A DNA stretch of 64,000 nucleotides from Candidatus Saccharimonadales bacterium (GTDB lineage: Bacteria > Patescibacteriota > Saccharimonadia > Saccharimonadales > JAGPDM01): positions 6,216-70,215 of the forward strand of contig JBGAVT010000001.1 of NCBI GenBank assembly GCA_044227985.1, given 5' to 3'. The position numbers were made by a program, and so were the translations under genes. The number at the start of each line of letters is the position of its first letter. The stretch's first letter is position 1. The notes below the pieces were generated by a model, which saw nothing but the letters and a program-made list of their open reading frames with translations, had not been told where the DNA came from and did not search any database. Positions 38,923 to 48,955 of the stretch are shown piece after piece.

Positions 38923-39551
38923 TTGTTTTTTCCTGTTTTTGCTTGGTTGGTATCTACTGTATCACCGATATTGATTATGGTAAAAGTTTCCAAACTTTTG
39001 ATGACTTGATTATTGATTGCGGAATCAACATTACTAGCAGCGATGATTAAGTTCTTTTGATCATCTCTAGCCGTCTCAACCATAGTCTCTAGTTGCTCTA
39101 TTTCTACCGTACAAGCTGAGCTAGCAGCAGTTCTCAAACTTGATTCATATGTTGTACTAGCAGTTTGGAAGCTATTGATACGAACACGTAACGTGGTGAT
39201 AGATTGAGGTAAATCTCCAGATTGCATCTTGCTGACTTGGAGTCGTTCGACAAGATTTTCTAATCGTGAACTAATTTTTTCATAACGGTCAACTCTATCA
39301 ATCCGTATTAAGCTAGCTCGATCAGATTGAGACTGCAGACGAATTCGAACAATTTGACATGGTAACTCAGCTCTACTCTCTAGCTTTTGTTGTTGTTTAT
39401 TCGATGCATCGAGCTTGCTAAGTGTTTGGTCGCTCAGTGCTAAACGGGTAGGCGCACTAGCGCCGGCCGTAGTGACAGCAAAACTAGATACTAAAAGAAG
39501 GCTCATTATAAGCAGACCAATGGAAATCCGATTACTCTTTATTCGTTTCAT
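38919..39551 (-). CDS. Hypothetical secreted protein (signal peptide)
   Basis: ATG at 39551 gives MKRIKSNRISIGLLIMSLLLVSSFAVTTAGASA. Coiled-coil-like remainder. Confidence 0.4.
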   Translation of the reverse strand: MKRIKSNRISIGLLIMSLLLVSSFAVTTAGASAPTRLALSDQTLSKLDASNKQQQKLESRAELPCQIVRIRLQSQSDRASLIRIDRVDRYEKISSRLENLVERLQVSKMQSGDLPQSITTLRVRINSFQTASTTYESSLRTAASSACTVEIEQLETMVETARDDQKNLIIAASNVDSAINNQVIKSLETFTIINIGDTVDTNQAKTGKNK

Positions 39552-39601
39552 AGTCTCATTATAGCAAACCACAGATTAAATGCCTGTTGTCACTAGAAAA
39601 G

Positions 39602-40399
39602 CTAATACAGGAAGTATATGTTAGCTTTTGTTTGAATCAACTTATCCCGAATTAGCCCTTCCAGGGCCTCTTCCAACCGTTGATCAAAAAACTCGTGTTC
39701 AAGTTGTGTCAGGCTTTGCGGACCTCTGGAAACAAAACGAAGAATGCCTGCTCTAAGCTGTCGAGTACTTCCCACAAATGTTGATTGCTTGGTATATACA
39801 CTAGCCTTCCTATGTGTTGTAAGGCCTTGTTTTTTAAGCGATGTGCCATAGTCCATCAAAGCCCAGTACCATTCGCGCGGGTTATCATGATTAAGCACTT
39901 CGATGACTTTAGATAATATCTCTTTTTCACTAGTCTTATCTTTATCAGCAAAAAAATGATGAATTATGACTGTCCGAATATTTGTTTCCACAAAGCCAAT
40001 AGGTAGATTCTTTGAATATACAAGAATTGCAGCGGCAGTATTGTAGCCTATGCCTGGAAGCTCACTAAGCAATTTCGGATCCGTAGGCGTTTCTACATCC
40101 CAGTTACGCCTGCAGATTTCTTTGGCTGATTGATGGATAAAACGAGCACGACGATAGTAACCAAGCCCCTGCCATGCGCTAACGACATCCGCTTGGGTGG
40201 CCCGTGCAAGCGTAACTACACTAGGAAACTTTTGCAAAAAACTTCGGTAATGATCAACAACCCGTGGTGCCTGTGTTTGCTGTAACATAATTTCGCTCAC
40301 AAGGATTTTGTAAAAATCTGTTGTACTACGCCAAGGAAAGTCTCGTTTACTATGTCTATAAAATGCCCATACGAGATTATGGAAGCTAGAGACGGTCAT
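39602..40399 (-). CDS. HhH-GPD DNA glycosylase, MutY/adenine-glycosylase-like, lacking the 4Fe-4S cysteine loop
   Basis: SEIMLQQTQ motif, helix-hairpin-helix LPGIGYNTAAAIL, catalytic D. No C-x6-C-x2-C-x5-C cluster in the C-terminus. Overlaps tyrA by 14 nt. Confidence 0.65.
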   Translation of the reverse strand: MTVSSFHNLVWAFYRHSKRDFPWRSTTDFYKILVSEIMLQQTQAPRVVDHYRSFLQKFPSVVTLARATQADVVSAWQGLGYYRRARFIHQSAKEICRRNWDVETPTDPKLLSELPGIGYNTAAAILVYSKNLPIGFVETNIRTVIIHHFFADKDKTSEKEILSKVIEVLNHDNPREWYWALMDYGTSLKKQGLTTHRKASVYTKQSTFVGSTRQLRAGILRFVSRGPQSLTQLEHEFFDQRLEEALEGLIRDKLIQTKANIYFLY

Positions 40400-41135
40400 G
40401 AATTTGCTGTGCTTGATCCAAAAAACGCTTTCGGACTTCTGAGGCGTACGGATTGGCAGATTCCACCGTCAGGAACAAAGCGTCAGAATGTTGTTTTTCC
40501 TGTTCAGCTAGCGCAAGAAGTTTTTTATAGTAACCGGTAGTCAGAGAGGCTTCAGAAACACCGAGTTCAAGTAGACTTCGTCCAATAAAAAATGTAAGGC
40601 CTTGAATGGTAGCCATCTGTCTATCATGCTCCATTGGAGAAATTTCGACTACTTCACCTCCTTTTTCATCGATAATCGAAGTTAGCGTCTTTGTCCAAGG
40701 CGTTTGACGAAGTTCGTGGAAGACCCATTGGCGACTCTTCAGATCACCGCCTGTACTTTGGGGTCCGAACAATGGGTGGCTAGCAATCAGTCCGACATCT
40801 TCGGAGAAAGTTCGTAACATAATCTCACTCGGTCGCTCCTTAACCGAAAGTACGTCGATTATTGTAGCTCCAGGTTGAACGATTGGCGCAAGTTGTTGGC
40901 ATACAATTTCGAAATCAGAAAATGGGACTGCAATCCAGATCAAGTCTGCCTTGCCTGCCATCTCAAGATTAACTCTCGTTGTTTTTGCGCCCTCGAATTG
41001 GCTATCATTAGGATCAACCGCAACAACTGATTGGAACCCAAAGCTTTCAAGAACATGCGCTAATAATTGTCCAAATGGCCCAAAACCAACTATCGAAGTA
41101 GTCGATTGTTTTAGGTTAGGAAGTTGGCTGCTCAT
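40386..41135 (-). CDS. tyrA: Prephenate (or arogenate) dehydrogenase
   Basis: NAD Rossmann IVGFGPFGQLLAHVL, TyrA core (…IASHPLFGPQS…). Confidence 0.8.
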   Translation of the reverse strand: MSSQLPNLKQSTTSIVGFGPFGQLLAHVLESFGFQSVVAVDPNDSQFEGAKTTRVNLEMAGKADLIWIAVPFSDFEIVCQQLAPIVQPGATIIDVLSVKERPSEIMLRTFSEDVGLIASHPLFGPQSTGGDLKSRQWVFHELRQTPWTKTLTSIIDEKGGEVVEISPMEHDRQMATIQGLTFFIGRSLLELGVSEASLTTGYYKKLLALAEQEKQHSDALFLTVESANPYASEVRKRFLDQAQQIHDRL

Positions 41136-41140
41136 ACGTT

Positions 41141-42055
41141 TTAAATTTTTGTTAGCCAGTTGTCGCTTAATTCGTGTTCACCACGAACAATGGCTTCAAA
41201 ACTATCACTAATCTGCTTAGTTATTTTTCCGGGAGTTTGGCTAATTTCACGTCGATCAATTCCTGCTACCCATGAAACCTTAGCAGCGGTACCTGTCACA
41301 AAGGCTTCTTCAGCAGTATATAGTTGACTACGACGGATAGGGCTTTCTTCGATCGGTATGTTATGCAGCGCTGCCAGCTCAACCACACAGCGGCGAGTTA
41401 TGCCTTCGAGTAAATCTCCGCCTAGACCTGGTGTCAGTAACACACCATGACGAACAATAAATAAATTCATGACTGCGCCTTCGCCGACATCACCCTTATG
41501 ATCAAGCATAATAGCGCTGTCAAAGCCGTTTGCCTGAGCCTCTTCAATCGCCATTGCTGCATTGATGTAAGCACCTGAAGCTTTGGCTTTAGCAGGGATA
41601 GCGTTGTCCGGCACCCGAATCCAACTACTGGTAGCAAGCTGCAATCCTTTACTACTATCGAGGTAATCCTCAAGATTCATAACATATACCGCTAACTGAT
41701 ATTCACCTGAGATCTTAGGTCCAAGTGCTATATCAGATCGATAGATAAATGGTCGTATATAGATATCCTGGTTTGGGTTATTAGCCTTCACAGTATCACT
41801 GATAATATGAGCTAATTTATCGGCAGTCAGTTTGTATGGAAAACCAAGAATCTTAACACTTTCGATCATACGCTTGGCATGATCAGCTAATCGCAGGATT
41901 GCCACAGAGCCATCAGCTTGTTTGTAGCCACGGAGTCCAGCAAATGTAGCTATAGCATACTGCAACCCTGCTGTAGCAATTGGTACATTTGCATTCTTGA
42001 AGTCGATAATCTCACCTTCAAAATATGCTTTTTCTAAATAATCATTATGCGTCAT
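41141..42055 (-). CDS. Class-IV (fold type IV) aminotransferase, BCAT-like; probable aromatic/branched-chain aminotransferase
   Basis: GLQYAIATFAGLRGY (BCAT Y-x-x-x-x-F-E-G-x-R pattern), …EAFVTGTAAKV… (class-IV PLP lysine region). Confidence 0.75.
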   Translation of the reverse strand: MTHNDYLEKAYFEGEIIDFKNANVPIATAGLQYAIATFAGLRGYKQADGSVAILRLADHAKRMIESVKILGFPYKLTADKLAHIISDTVKANNPNQDIYIRPFIYRSDIALGPKISGEYQLAVYVMNLEDYLDSSKGLQLATSSWIRVPDNAIPAKAKASGAYINAAMAIEEAQANGFDSAIMLDHKGDVGEGAVMNLFIVRHGVLLTPGLGGDLLEGITRRCVVELAALHNIPIEESPIRRSQLYTAEEAFVTGTAAKVSWVAGIDRREISQTPGKITKQISDSFEAIVRGEHELSDNWLTKI

Positions 42056-42345
42056 TTCCGTAACTCCTCAATTTCTGCTTCAATTGCCATCTCATGAAGC
42101 GTATCCCAAATCGTATCAATCCGTCGAATTGAAAGTTTATGTTTTGCAGCTAATTGCCGCTGTTTTTGCATGACCTTTTTCCATCGAGCAAGATTCTTAA
42201 TGGGAAGTTTATGTTTATGTTTAATAATCGCTACTTGCTTTACCGCTTTTTGTCGCTTCACCAAAAGACTCATCAGAGTCGTGTCAATTTGGTCAATCTC
42301 ATGACGTAAATCTGCTAATTCTTTCGGTTCTCTCATGCTACCCAT
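42052..42345 (-). CDS. Chorismate mutase (AroQ class, monofunctional)
   Basis: LRHEIDQIDTTLMSLLVKRQKAVKQVAIIK… is the AroQ helical signature. 97 aa. Confidence 0.8.
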   Translation of the reverse strand: MGSMREPKELADLRHEIDQIDTTLMSLLVKRQKAVKQVAIIKHKHKLPIKNLARWKKVMQKQRQLAAKHKLSIRRIDTIWDTLHEMAIEAEIEELRK

Positions 42346-42381
42346 GATAGCACAAATCCTTTCAATTTTATGATGTAGTAA

Positions 42382-43464
42382 CTAAAGTTTACGTGCATTT
42401 TGTTGCAAAAGTGCATCAAGCAATACAATAGCCATCATAGCCTCAACAATTGGCACCGCTCGTGGCAACACTGCAGGGTCATGACGACCTTTAAGATTCT
42501 CTAACGTAACCTCGTTACCGTCACTATCGACAGTATTTTGAGTTTTTAAAACTGTTGAGGTTGGCTTAAAGGCTACATTGCACACAATCGGCTCACCATT
42601 GCTGATACCGCCCTGCACACCACCTGAATTATTTGTTTTTGTGCCGATTTTACCTTTTTTAGCAACAAACTCATCATTGTGCTCAAGCCCTGTCATACGA
42701 GTTCCGCCAAAACCGCTACCAATTTCAAAACCCTTAGTAGCGTTGATTGAAAGCATCGCCTTTGCTAGCTCAGCTTCAAGTCGGTCATAAACTGGTTCAC
42801 CTAGACCAACAGGAACATTTCGAGCGACAACCGTGATCACACCACCGACAGAGTTTCCATCCTGTTTCATCCGTTTAACTAGCTCAATCATCTTTTCAGC
42901 CGCAACAGGATCAGCACAACGGACAATATTAGCTTCTACGTTATCTCGAGTAAATGAATCAACATCAAGCTCAGCGGTAATTTCGTGGATTTGTTTAACA
43001 CTGGCAACAATCTCAATACCATTTTGAATCAAAATTTTGCGAGCTATCGCACCAGCCATAATTCTGGCTACAGTTTCACGAGCACTGCTACGTCCACCAC
43101 CCGCAACCGCACGTCGACCGTACTTCTGCTCATAAGTAAAATCTGCATGACTGGGTCGATAGACTTTTGCGAGATTGCCATAATCCTGAGAACGTTGATC
43201 TTTATTACGAATGAGCATGGCAATCGGCGAGCCGAGTGTGATTCCTTCGGAAATTCCAGATAGAATTTCTACCTGATCTGGTTCATCTCTGTCTGTTGTA
43301 ACAACACTTTGGCCAGGTCGACGGCGATCAAGTTCAACTTGAATATCTTCTAGAGATATCTCAATCCCGGCAGGGCAACCGTCAATAACAACACCGACTC
43401 CAGCCCCGTGACTCTCACCAAAACTAGTAATTTGATACAAATTTCCAAAACTATTTCCGGGCAT
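42382..43464 (-). CDS. aroC: Chorismate synthase
   Basis: [18 protein letters not shown]…; AGAGG core. ATG at 43464 with AGAGGAG RBS 7 nt upstream. Confidence 0.9.
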   Translation of the reverse strand: MPGNSFGNLYQITSFGESHGAGVGVVIDGCPAGIEISLEDIQVELDRRRPGQSVVTTDRDEPDQVEILSGISEGITLGSPIAMLIRNKDQRSQDYGNLAKVYRPSHADFTYEQKYGRRAVAGGGRSSARETVARIMAGAIARKILIQNGIEIVASVKQIHEITAELDVDSFTRDNVEANIVRCADPVAAEKMIELVKRMKQDGNSVGGVITVVARNVPVGLGEPVYDRLEAELAKAMLSINATKGFEIGSGFGGTRMTGLEHNDEFVAKKGKIGTKTNNSGGVQGGISNGEPIVCNVAFKPTSTVLKTQNTVDSDGNEVTLENLKGRHDPAVLPRAVPIVEAMMAIVLLDALLQQNARKL

Positions 43465-43465
43465 A

Positions 43466-44134
43466 TTATTCTCCTCTTTCAATTACTTCTAGCATAGCAT
43501 CAACGCTCATTTGACCCGGAGCAACACTTGAACCAGTTGCGACAAACATTAATGCACTACCTCTTTTCAATGCCTCAACTCGCAGACCATCATCATCACC
43601 GCTCATAGGGATCAATGCAAAATTTTGTTTTGGATAATCTGTAAATAAACTAAATAATCGAGCAGACTCAGCGCTGGAGCTCACCCGACAAGCAATTTTA
43701 ATGATCGATGGACTATGCTGTTTAGCAATTTCTATAAGATCATTCAGCTTTTGCATAGTCGGCGTTCGTTCAAAATTATGATACGACAATAGTCTTTTTT
43801 CTTGAACTATTTTTTCTACTAGCATTTTATTTGAGATATCAATATCGATGTAAATAGTATTTTTGAGCCCAGATAATTCCTGTAATAATCGAGTGCGTTT
43901 GTCTTCATCCCCATCGAACCTCCCGCCTTCATTTACGCTTCGGAGTGTTACTATAACTTTCTGTCGAACTAGTTTAATTGCTTCAACAATGGCTTGCTCA
44001 TTAAGCTTATTCAAATAATCAAGACGCCATTCAACTAACAAAATTTCTTCGGGTAGCTGGCGAAACTGCTCAAGGCTTACAACAATTGTTGACTCTGCGA
44101 CCACACCGACAATTCGATCTACTAGTTGGCTCAT
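43466..44134 (-). CDS. aroD: 3-dehydroquinate dehydratase, type I
   Basis: Type-I TIM-barrel pattern (…VVSLEQ…VEWRLDYL…TLRSVNEGG…YIDIDIS…). Confidence 0.8.
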   Translation of the reverse strand: MSQLVDRIVGVVAESTIVVSLEQFRQLPEEILLVEWRLDYLNKLNEQAIVEAIKLVRQKVIVTLRSVNEGGRFDGDEDKRTRLLQELSGLKNTIYIDIDISNKMLVEKIVQEKRLLSYHNFERTPTMQKLNDLIEIAKQHSPSIIKIACRVSSSAESARLFSLFTDYPKQNFALIPMSGDDDGLRVEALKRGSALMFVATGSSVAPGQMSVDAMLEVIERGE

Positions 44135-44922
44135 TGTCCGATCGCCTCACGCATAACTTGTTGTGGGGCATCTCTTCCAGTAAAAATTCGAAACTGCTCA
44201 TAAGCTTGTGCGAGTAGCAATTCATAACCAGAAATTGTTGAGGCTCCAATATGTTTCGCCTGTTGTACCAATACGGTCTCAGGTGGCTTATAAATCGATT
44301 CGAATACAAGCTGGTCGGGATTTAAAAATTTTACATCAATCGGTGTTTCATTGACAAGCTCCGCCATTCCAACACTTGTAGTATTAATTATCGTGTCTAT
44401 ATCTTCGGTGTCATCAATCTCAGTAATAACATTTATCCCCGGGAAATCTTGTCGTAATTTTTGAAGTCGGCTGACTGTTCGATTATAAACAAGCACCTCA
44501 AGCGGCTCGGAGTGAAGCGCTGCGTAAACAGCAGCACGAGCGGCACCGCCAGCACCAAGAATCAAAACCCGCTTTGCTCGCAATCCATCGACAGCATTTA
44601 ACGGTCGGCTATACCCAAGCCAATCCGTATTACTGCCAATCCAGCGATTATTTCTTTTTACCATTGTGTTAGCAACACCAATATTTCTAGCAGCATGATC
44701 AAGTTCGTCGGCTACTTCGTATGCTAGCGCTTTCAATGGCATTGTAACGCTAAAACCATCGAAATTAGTAGCCTCAGAGCTCCACCACTTACGGAAATCA
44801 TCCTCCGTGACCTGAACTGCTGTATAGTTGGCAGAGATGCCGAGCGCGGCAAATCCTGCACTGTGAATTATTGGTGACAAGCTATGTTCAACTGGATTTC
44901 CAATGACTGCAAACCGTCTCAT
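44131..44922 (-). CDS. aroE: Shikimate dehydrogenase
   Basis: FAVIGNPVEHSLSPIIHSAGF…, NADP Rossmann ILGAGGAARA. Confidence 0.85.
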   Translation of the reverse strand: MRRFAVIGNPVEHSLSPIIHSAGFAALGISANYTAVQVTEDDFRKWWSSEATNFDGFSVTMPLKALAYEVADELDHAARNIGVANTMVKRNNRWIGSNTDWLGYSRPLNAVDGLRAKRVLILGAGGAARAAVYAALHSEPLEVLVYNRTVSRLQKLRQDFPGINVITEIDDTEDIDTIINTTSVGMAELVNETPIDVKFLNPDQLVFESIYKPPETVLVQQAKHIGASTISGYELLLAQAYEQFRIFTGRDAPQQVMREAIGQ

Positions 44923-45416
44923 GACTCAACTCCAATTTGTTGATATATTTCAATAGCGAGCTGCTCAGGAGTTTTAATTCTGGCGTCAATCGTTATCGTT
45001 GCATACTTTTGATATAATTTTTGTCGAGTATTAAAAAGAACTAATGCAGCATCTTTGTCCTTCATTAAGGGACGATCAGTATCACCAACACGCCCAACTG
45101 ACGTCTGAAAATCAATATAAAGATAAATCACCGAAGCATTTTCACATAAAGGTTGCATCGCTTCGGAACTTTCAACCACACCACCACCCGTAGCGATGAC
45201 TGCATTACTCTCAACTGCCAGCTGTTTAGCAAGTCCAGTTTCATAGCGACGAAAATTCTCTTCACCTTCTTCCTTGAAAAAATCTGCTGTTGTCATTTTC
45301 AAGTCTTCTTCAAGTACGGCGTCCATATCAAGCACCCCTACTTCTAAAAGACTGGCCAACTCACGTGCTACAGTCGATTTTCCCGACCCCATAAAACCAA
45401 TTAGAACTACCTTCAT
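44919..45416 (-). CDS. aroK: Shikimate kinase
   Basis: P-loop VLIGFMGSGKSTVAREL; ATGGG; …RPL…. Confidence 0.85.
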   Translation of the reverse strand: MKVVLIGFMGSGKSTVARELASLLEVGVLDMDAVLEEDLKMTTADFFKEEGEENFRRYETGLAKQLAVESNAVIATGGGVVESSEAMQPLCENASVIYLYIDFQTSVGRVGDTDRPLMKDKDAALVLFNTRQKLYQKYATITIDARIKTPEQLAIEIYQQIGVES

Positions 45417-46669
45417 ACAACGTCCTCAAAAATAATACCGAAATGCTTAAGTTTGCTCCAAAAATCTGGAAACGATTTCTCGACCACATCAGGATCTTCG
45501 ATAATAATCCCCTCCACTACTGCTGAAAGTGGACTAATCGACATAGCCATACGATGATCGTGATAGGTTTTTATCCTAGCTGACGAAATTACACTTGGAA
45601 AAATTCGGATACTAGCAGTATCAATCTCTGTTCTTATTCCTAGCTTTTCCAGCTCAGTCTTCATAGCAACCAATCTATCAGTTTCTTTTCCTGGGAGTGT
45701 TGATAATCCGCTTATGTAACTTTCTTCAATGGCTTGCGTTGCTAAAACGGCTGCGGTTTGAGCAGTGTCTGAGCAATTTATCATATTGTAGTTGATCGAC
45801 TTGATCTTTTTAGCAGGAGAAACAACTAGTCCATCAGCTGTTTCTGAAACTTGCGCTCCCATATTTTCTAAAACTTTAACAAACTCAATATCACCCTGTG
45901 CCGAGTTGAGGCTAATGTATGGAATCTGGACTATTTGCTGACGAAGCATTCCAAATGACCACATATAGCCAGCCGCCGCAGCATCCGCTTCAACAATTAT
46001 CTCATTAGACGTTCTTAATTGATTTTGTATCGTGCGAGTCAAATCGCTATATGCAACAGACACCGGCTTATTCTTTTGAAGAATCTCAAGTCCCGATTCG
46101 AACAATGGTGAAATAAGCTGTAAGGCAGTAATAAATTGGCTACTAATTGATGCGTCAACTTCAATGATTTTTTTCTCTTTTGGCACAATTGCACCAGAAA
46201 CTAGTATTGGCAATCTTCCTGATTCGCCTTGTTCAGATATTTGTGCGCCAAGTGATTTCAGCGCATTGATTAATATTCCCATTGGGCGTTTTTTCAATCG
46301 TTCACTGCCGGTGATAATAACTTCAAATCCCGGTAAGAATGCTACAAAAGCTAATAAAAATCGTGAAGTTGTCCCAGCTGGGCCACAATCAATCGTTAGT
46401 TGCTTTGGAGTGATCGTATCAACTGAATTCTCTATAATCCAATCACCACTTTGGCTAATAGAAATATCAATTCCCAGATCGATTAATGAATCACGCAGCG
46501 TTAAACTATCTACACTGAGACTGGGATTAATGACAGTAATCGGACGCGGGTCAATACTCGCAGCGATTAAAGCACGATTAGTAATGCTTTTACTTCCCGG
46601 CACATCCAAAATTATCGGATCACTTGATGGTTTCCAGTTGGCGTCTCGTGTCAGCTTTATAGCATTCAT
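45413..46669 (-). CDS. aroA: 3-phosphoshikimate 1-carboxyvinyltransferase (EPSP synthase)
   Basis: VPGSKSITNRALIAAS, …YHDHRMAMS…. Confidence 0.9.
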   Translation of the reverse strand: MNAIKLTRDANWKPSSDPIILDVPGSKSITNRALIAASIDPRPITVINPSLSVDSLTLRDSLIDLGIDISISQSGDWIIENSVDTITPKQLTIDCGPAGTTSRFLLAFVAFLPGFEVIITGSERLKKRPMGILINALKSLGAQISEQGESGRLPILVSGAIVPKEKKIIEVDASISSQFITALQLISPLFESGLEILQKNKPVSVAYSDLTRTIQNQLRTSNEIIVEADAAAAGYMWSFGMLRQQIVQIPYISLNSAQGDIEFVKVLENMGAQVSETADGLVVSPAKKIKSINYNMINCSDTAQTAAVLATQAIEESYISGLSTLPGKETDRLVAMKTELEKLGIRTEIDTASIRIFPSVISSARIKTYHDHRMAMSISPLSAVVEGIIIEDPDVVEKSFPDFWSKLKHFGIIFEDVV

Positions 46670-47737
46670 TTATGAACGATCCAACCACTTAAGTGCACCT
46701 AGTACGCTCTCTTCGTCAATTTTATAGTCAGTAATTACCTGCCCTATTTCACGCGGTATGGCCCATTGGATTTCCCCCGAGTGATTCTTTTTATCTCCGC
46801 GAATGGCCACTAAAAATTCTTCGGGTTCGATGCCAACATCAAGCCTAGTTGGTAGATTATATTGCACCAATAGCTCAGATACAACATCGACGAGTTCTGA
46901 CAGACCTGCCGCATACAACTCGCCGAGCATACCAAGTCCAACCGCTTCACCGTGCAGCAATGGTTTAAATGTATGATGGGACAGACTTTCGAGTGCATGA
47001 CCAAAAGTATGACCAAAATTAAGAACCTTGCGTTGGTTGGCTTCGCGTTCATCCAGAGCAACAACATCGACTTTCACCTGAACAGATTTAGCTACTAGTT
47101 TCGTCAATTTTTCTGCACCATTTTTATCAAAAACATTTTCTTTCAGATCATGAAGTATCGTATTTTTAGTAATAACTGCATGCTTAATAATCTCGCCAAA
47201 GCCTTCCACGAAAACCCGATCACTCAATGTCGAAAGACACGAGGTATTACAATATACGCCGGTTGGCTGTGTAAATGTACCAATATTATTTTTTAAACCA
47301 GCAAAATTAATGCCTGTCTTTCCACCAACTGCAGCATCGACTTGTGCCAATAGTGTTGTCGGAATATTAATAAAACGAATTCCACGTTTATAGGTTGCGG
47401 CAGCAAATCCACCTAGATCAGTTATGACCCCACCACCAACGTTGATTATCAACGCATTACGGTCGGCGCTGGCGGCATTTAATTGCTGCCAAATTGATTC
47501 AACTGTTCGAATATTCTTATACTGTTCGCCAGGTTCAATTTCGATTAATTGAGGACTATTTATGCGCTTACTGCTAATAGCGTCAAAATATAGTGGTGCT
47601 ACATTGCTATCACTCACAACAAAAATTTGGGACACATCAGTTGGGATCATCTGGGTCAGACGATCAAAATCTTGTTCAACCAAGATTTGGTAGCTAGATC
47701 TTGTCGCACTAGTCGTGAGATCAATTTGATTACTCAT
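46670..47737 (-). CDS. aroB: 3-dehydroquinate synthase
   Basis: GGGVITDLGGFAAATYKRGIRFINIPTTLLAQVDAAVGGKTGIN; metal-binding HxxxH region. Confidence 0.9.
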   Translation of the reverse strand: MSNQIDLTTSATRSSYQILVEQDFDRLTQMIPTDVSQIFVVSDSNVAPLYFDAISSKRINSPQLIEIEPGEQYKNIRTVESIWQQLNAASADRNALIINVGGGVITDLGGFAAATYKRGIRFINIPTTLLAQVDAAVGGKTGINFAGLKNNIGTFTQPTGVYCNTSCLSTLSDRVFVEGFGEIIKHAVITKNTILHDLKENVFDKNGAEKLTKLVAKSVQVKVDVVALDEREANQRKVLNFGHTFGHALESLSHHTFKPLLHGEAVGLGMLGELYAAGLSELVDVVSELLVQYNLPTRLDVGIEPEEFLVAIRGDKKNHSGEIQWAIPREIGQVITDYKIDEESVLGALKWLDRS

Positions 47738-47739
47738 GG

Positions 47740-48783
47740 CTACGCTACCGCCGAGTCGGCCAACCTTCTCAGCAAGGTTTCGGTTTCAGCAACATTCACC
47801 GTAGGATCAGTTTTGCTGTAGCCATATGTAGAGTCTTTAGCATCCTTGATCGTACCTTTTTCAAGGTAGCTTTCAAGCATGATTCCACGTATATGATGTT
47901 TTATATCTGAGTCTTGAATAAGATTAATCGCGGCTTCAGCTGCTCGATATTGTCCATCAGCCGACTTCGATCCATTACTGTACCCAGCACCGTTACCATG
48001 GCTAGCATCAATTATCACACCGAGGTTATCGATTCCAACTTCATTCAGCGCTATCACTGCCTGTTCTACAGACTCGACATCGATATTACTTCGAAGACCG
48101 CCACGAGCATCCTGTACGCCTCGCAATATAATTCCACCGGCTATGCCACCTGGTGTGTCAATCATAGAAAACTGTCCATCTTCGTCAAGTAATGGGACAT
48201 TATCATGCTGTGATTTTACAGCCAACATTGCTTGAGCCGCAGTCAACATATCACCAAAAATACCATTTTTTGAAAGTGTTGGAATCTCGGGCATGCTACT
48301 AGCTTGTAAGCGCACATTCTGATCAGTCACATTACGCGCTCCAATCCATTGTGCCGCCAAGATATCTCCGTAATACTGACCCTGGCTTGGAGCTAGTAAT
48401 TCTATTGCAATTGGAAAACCAGCATTTACGAGTTGCGCCAATGCCGATCGAGCCTGTGGAACTGATTCACTTTCAAGTCCTCTCCAGCCAGTGGTTGTTC
48501 GTGGTTTCAGCGGATTAGCACGAATTACAACTTTAACTTGCTTCGAGACTTCGCCAATCAATCCCTCGATCTTAGTAGCAAACTCAAAGATTGCTCCAGA
48601 ATCATCAAGACTACAAGGACCAACAAAAGCTAAAAACCTTTTATCGCGGCCTTCTAAAATTTCGATAATTTCTCTGCGATGCTGTGTCAATTGTATAGCT
48701 GCTGCCGAGGTAATCGGGTGCCGTGCCCGAAGATCACTCGGGATAATCATTTTTTTACTATTTGTCTTCATTGTTAGTTCCAT
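47740..48783 (-). CDS. aroG: 3-deoxy-7-phosphoheptulonate (DAHP) synthase, class I-alpha
   Basis: …KRFLAFVGPCSLDD… (metal-binding Cys) and about 347 aa typical of AroG/F/H-type. Confidence 0.9.
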   Translation of the reverse strand: MELTMKTNSKKMIIPSDLRARHPITSAAAIQLTQHRREIIEILEGRDKRFLAFVGPCSLDDSGAIFEFATKIEGLIGEVSKQVKVVIRANPLKPRTTTGWRGLESESVPQARSALAQLVNAGFPIAIELLAPSQGQYYGDILAAQWIGARNVTDQNVRLQASSMPEIPTLSKNGIFGDMLTAAQAMLAVKSQHDNVPLLDEDGQFSMIDTPGGIAGGIILRGVQDARGGLRSNIDVESVEQAVIALNEVGIDNLGVIIDASHGNGAGYSNGSKSADGQYRAAEAAINLIQDSDIKHHIRGIMLESYLEKGTIKDAKDSTYGYSKTDPTVNVAETETLLRRLADSAVA

Positions 48784-48801
48784 TGTAGTCCTTTTTCGGT
48801 T

Positions 48802-48832
48802 AAATAAAAAACCGCTCTATGTTTGTGAGCGG
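48802..48832 (-). terminator. Intrinsic terminator in the aro-operon leader (candidate attenuator)
   Basis: Minus strand: CCGCTC-ACAAACATA-GAGCGG followed by TTTTTTATTT. The T-tract ends 18 nt upstream of the aroG ATG (RBS AAAGGA). Confidence 0.6.
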
Positions 48833-48862
48833 CTATTTTGGCAATTTTTAATAAAACGTCAA

Positions 48863-48919
48863 TTAGTCCGCTGTTGCGTACCAATAAAAGCTAAAAAAGT
48901 TTGCACTGTTGTTAATCAT
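48863..48919 (-). CDS. Candidate aro-operon leader peptide (18 aa, Phe/Tyr/Trp-rich)
   Basis: Minus strand: ATG ATT AAC AAC AGT GCA AAC TTT TTT AGC TTT TAT TGG TAC GCA ACA GCG GAC TAA = MINNSANFFSFYWYATAD. Six aromatic codons fall within 7 consecutive positions. The stop lies about 30 nt upstream of the terminator hairpin. Confidence 0.55.
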   Translation of the reverse strand: MINNSANFFSFYWYATAD

Positions 48920-48926
48920 AAAATTA

Positions 48927-48955
48927 AATTTATCATAGATTAATGTATATGTCAA
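48927..48955 (-). promoter_or_regulatory. Candidate sigma70-type promoter for the aro leader
   Basis: Minus strand: TTGACA - 17 nt - TAAATT. The predicted TSS falls about at the leader-peptide ATG, so the leader may be leaderless. Weak -10; other candidate promoters lie within 60 nt. Confidence 0.3.
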
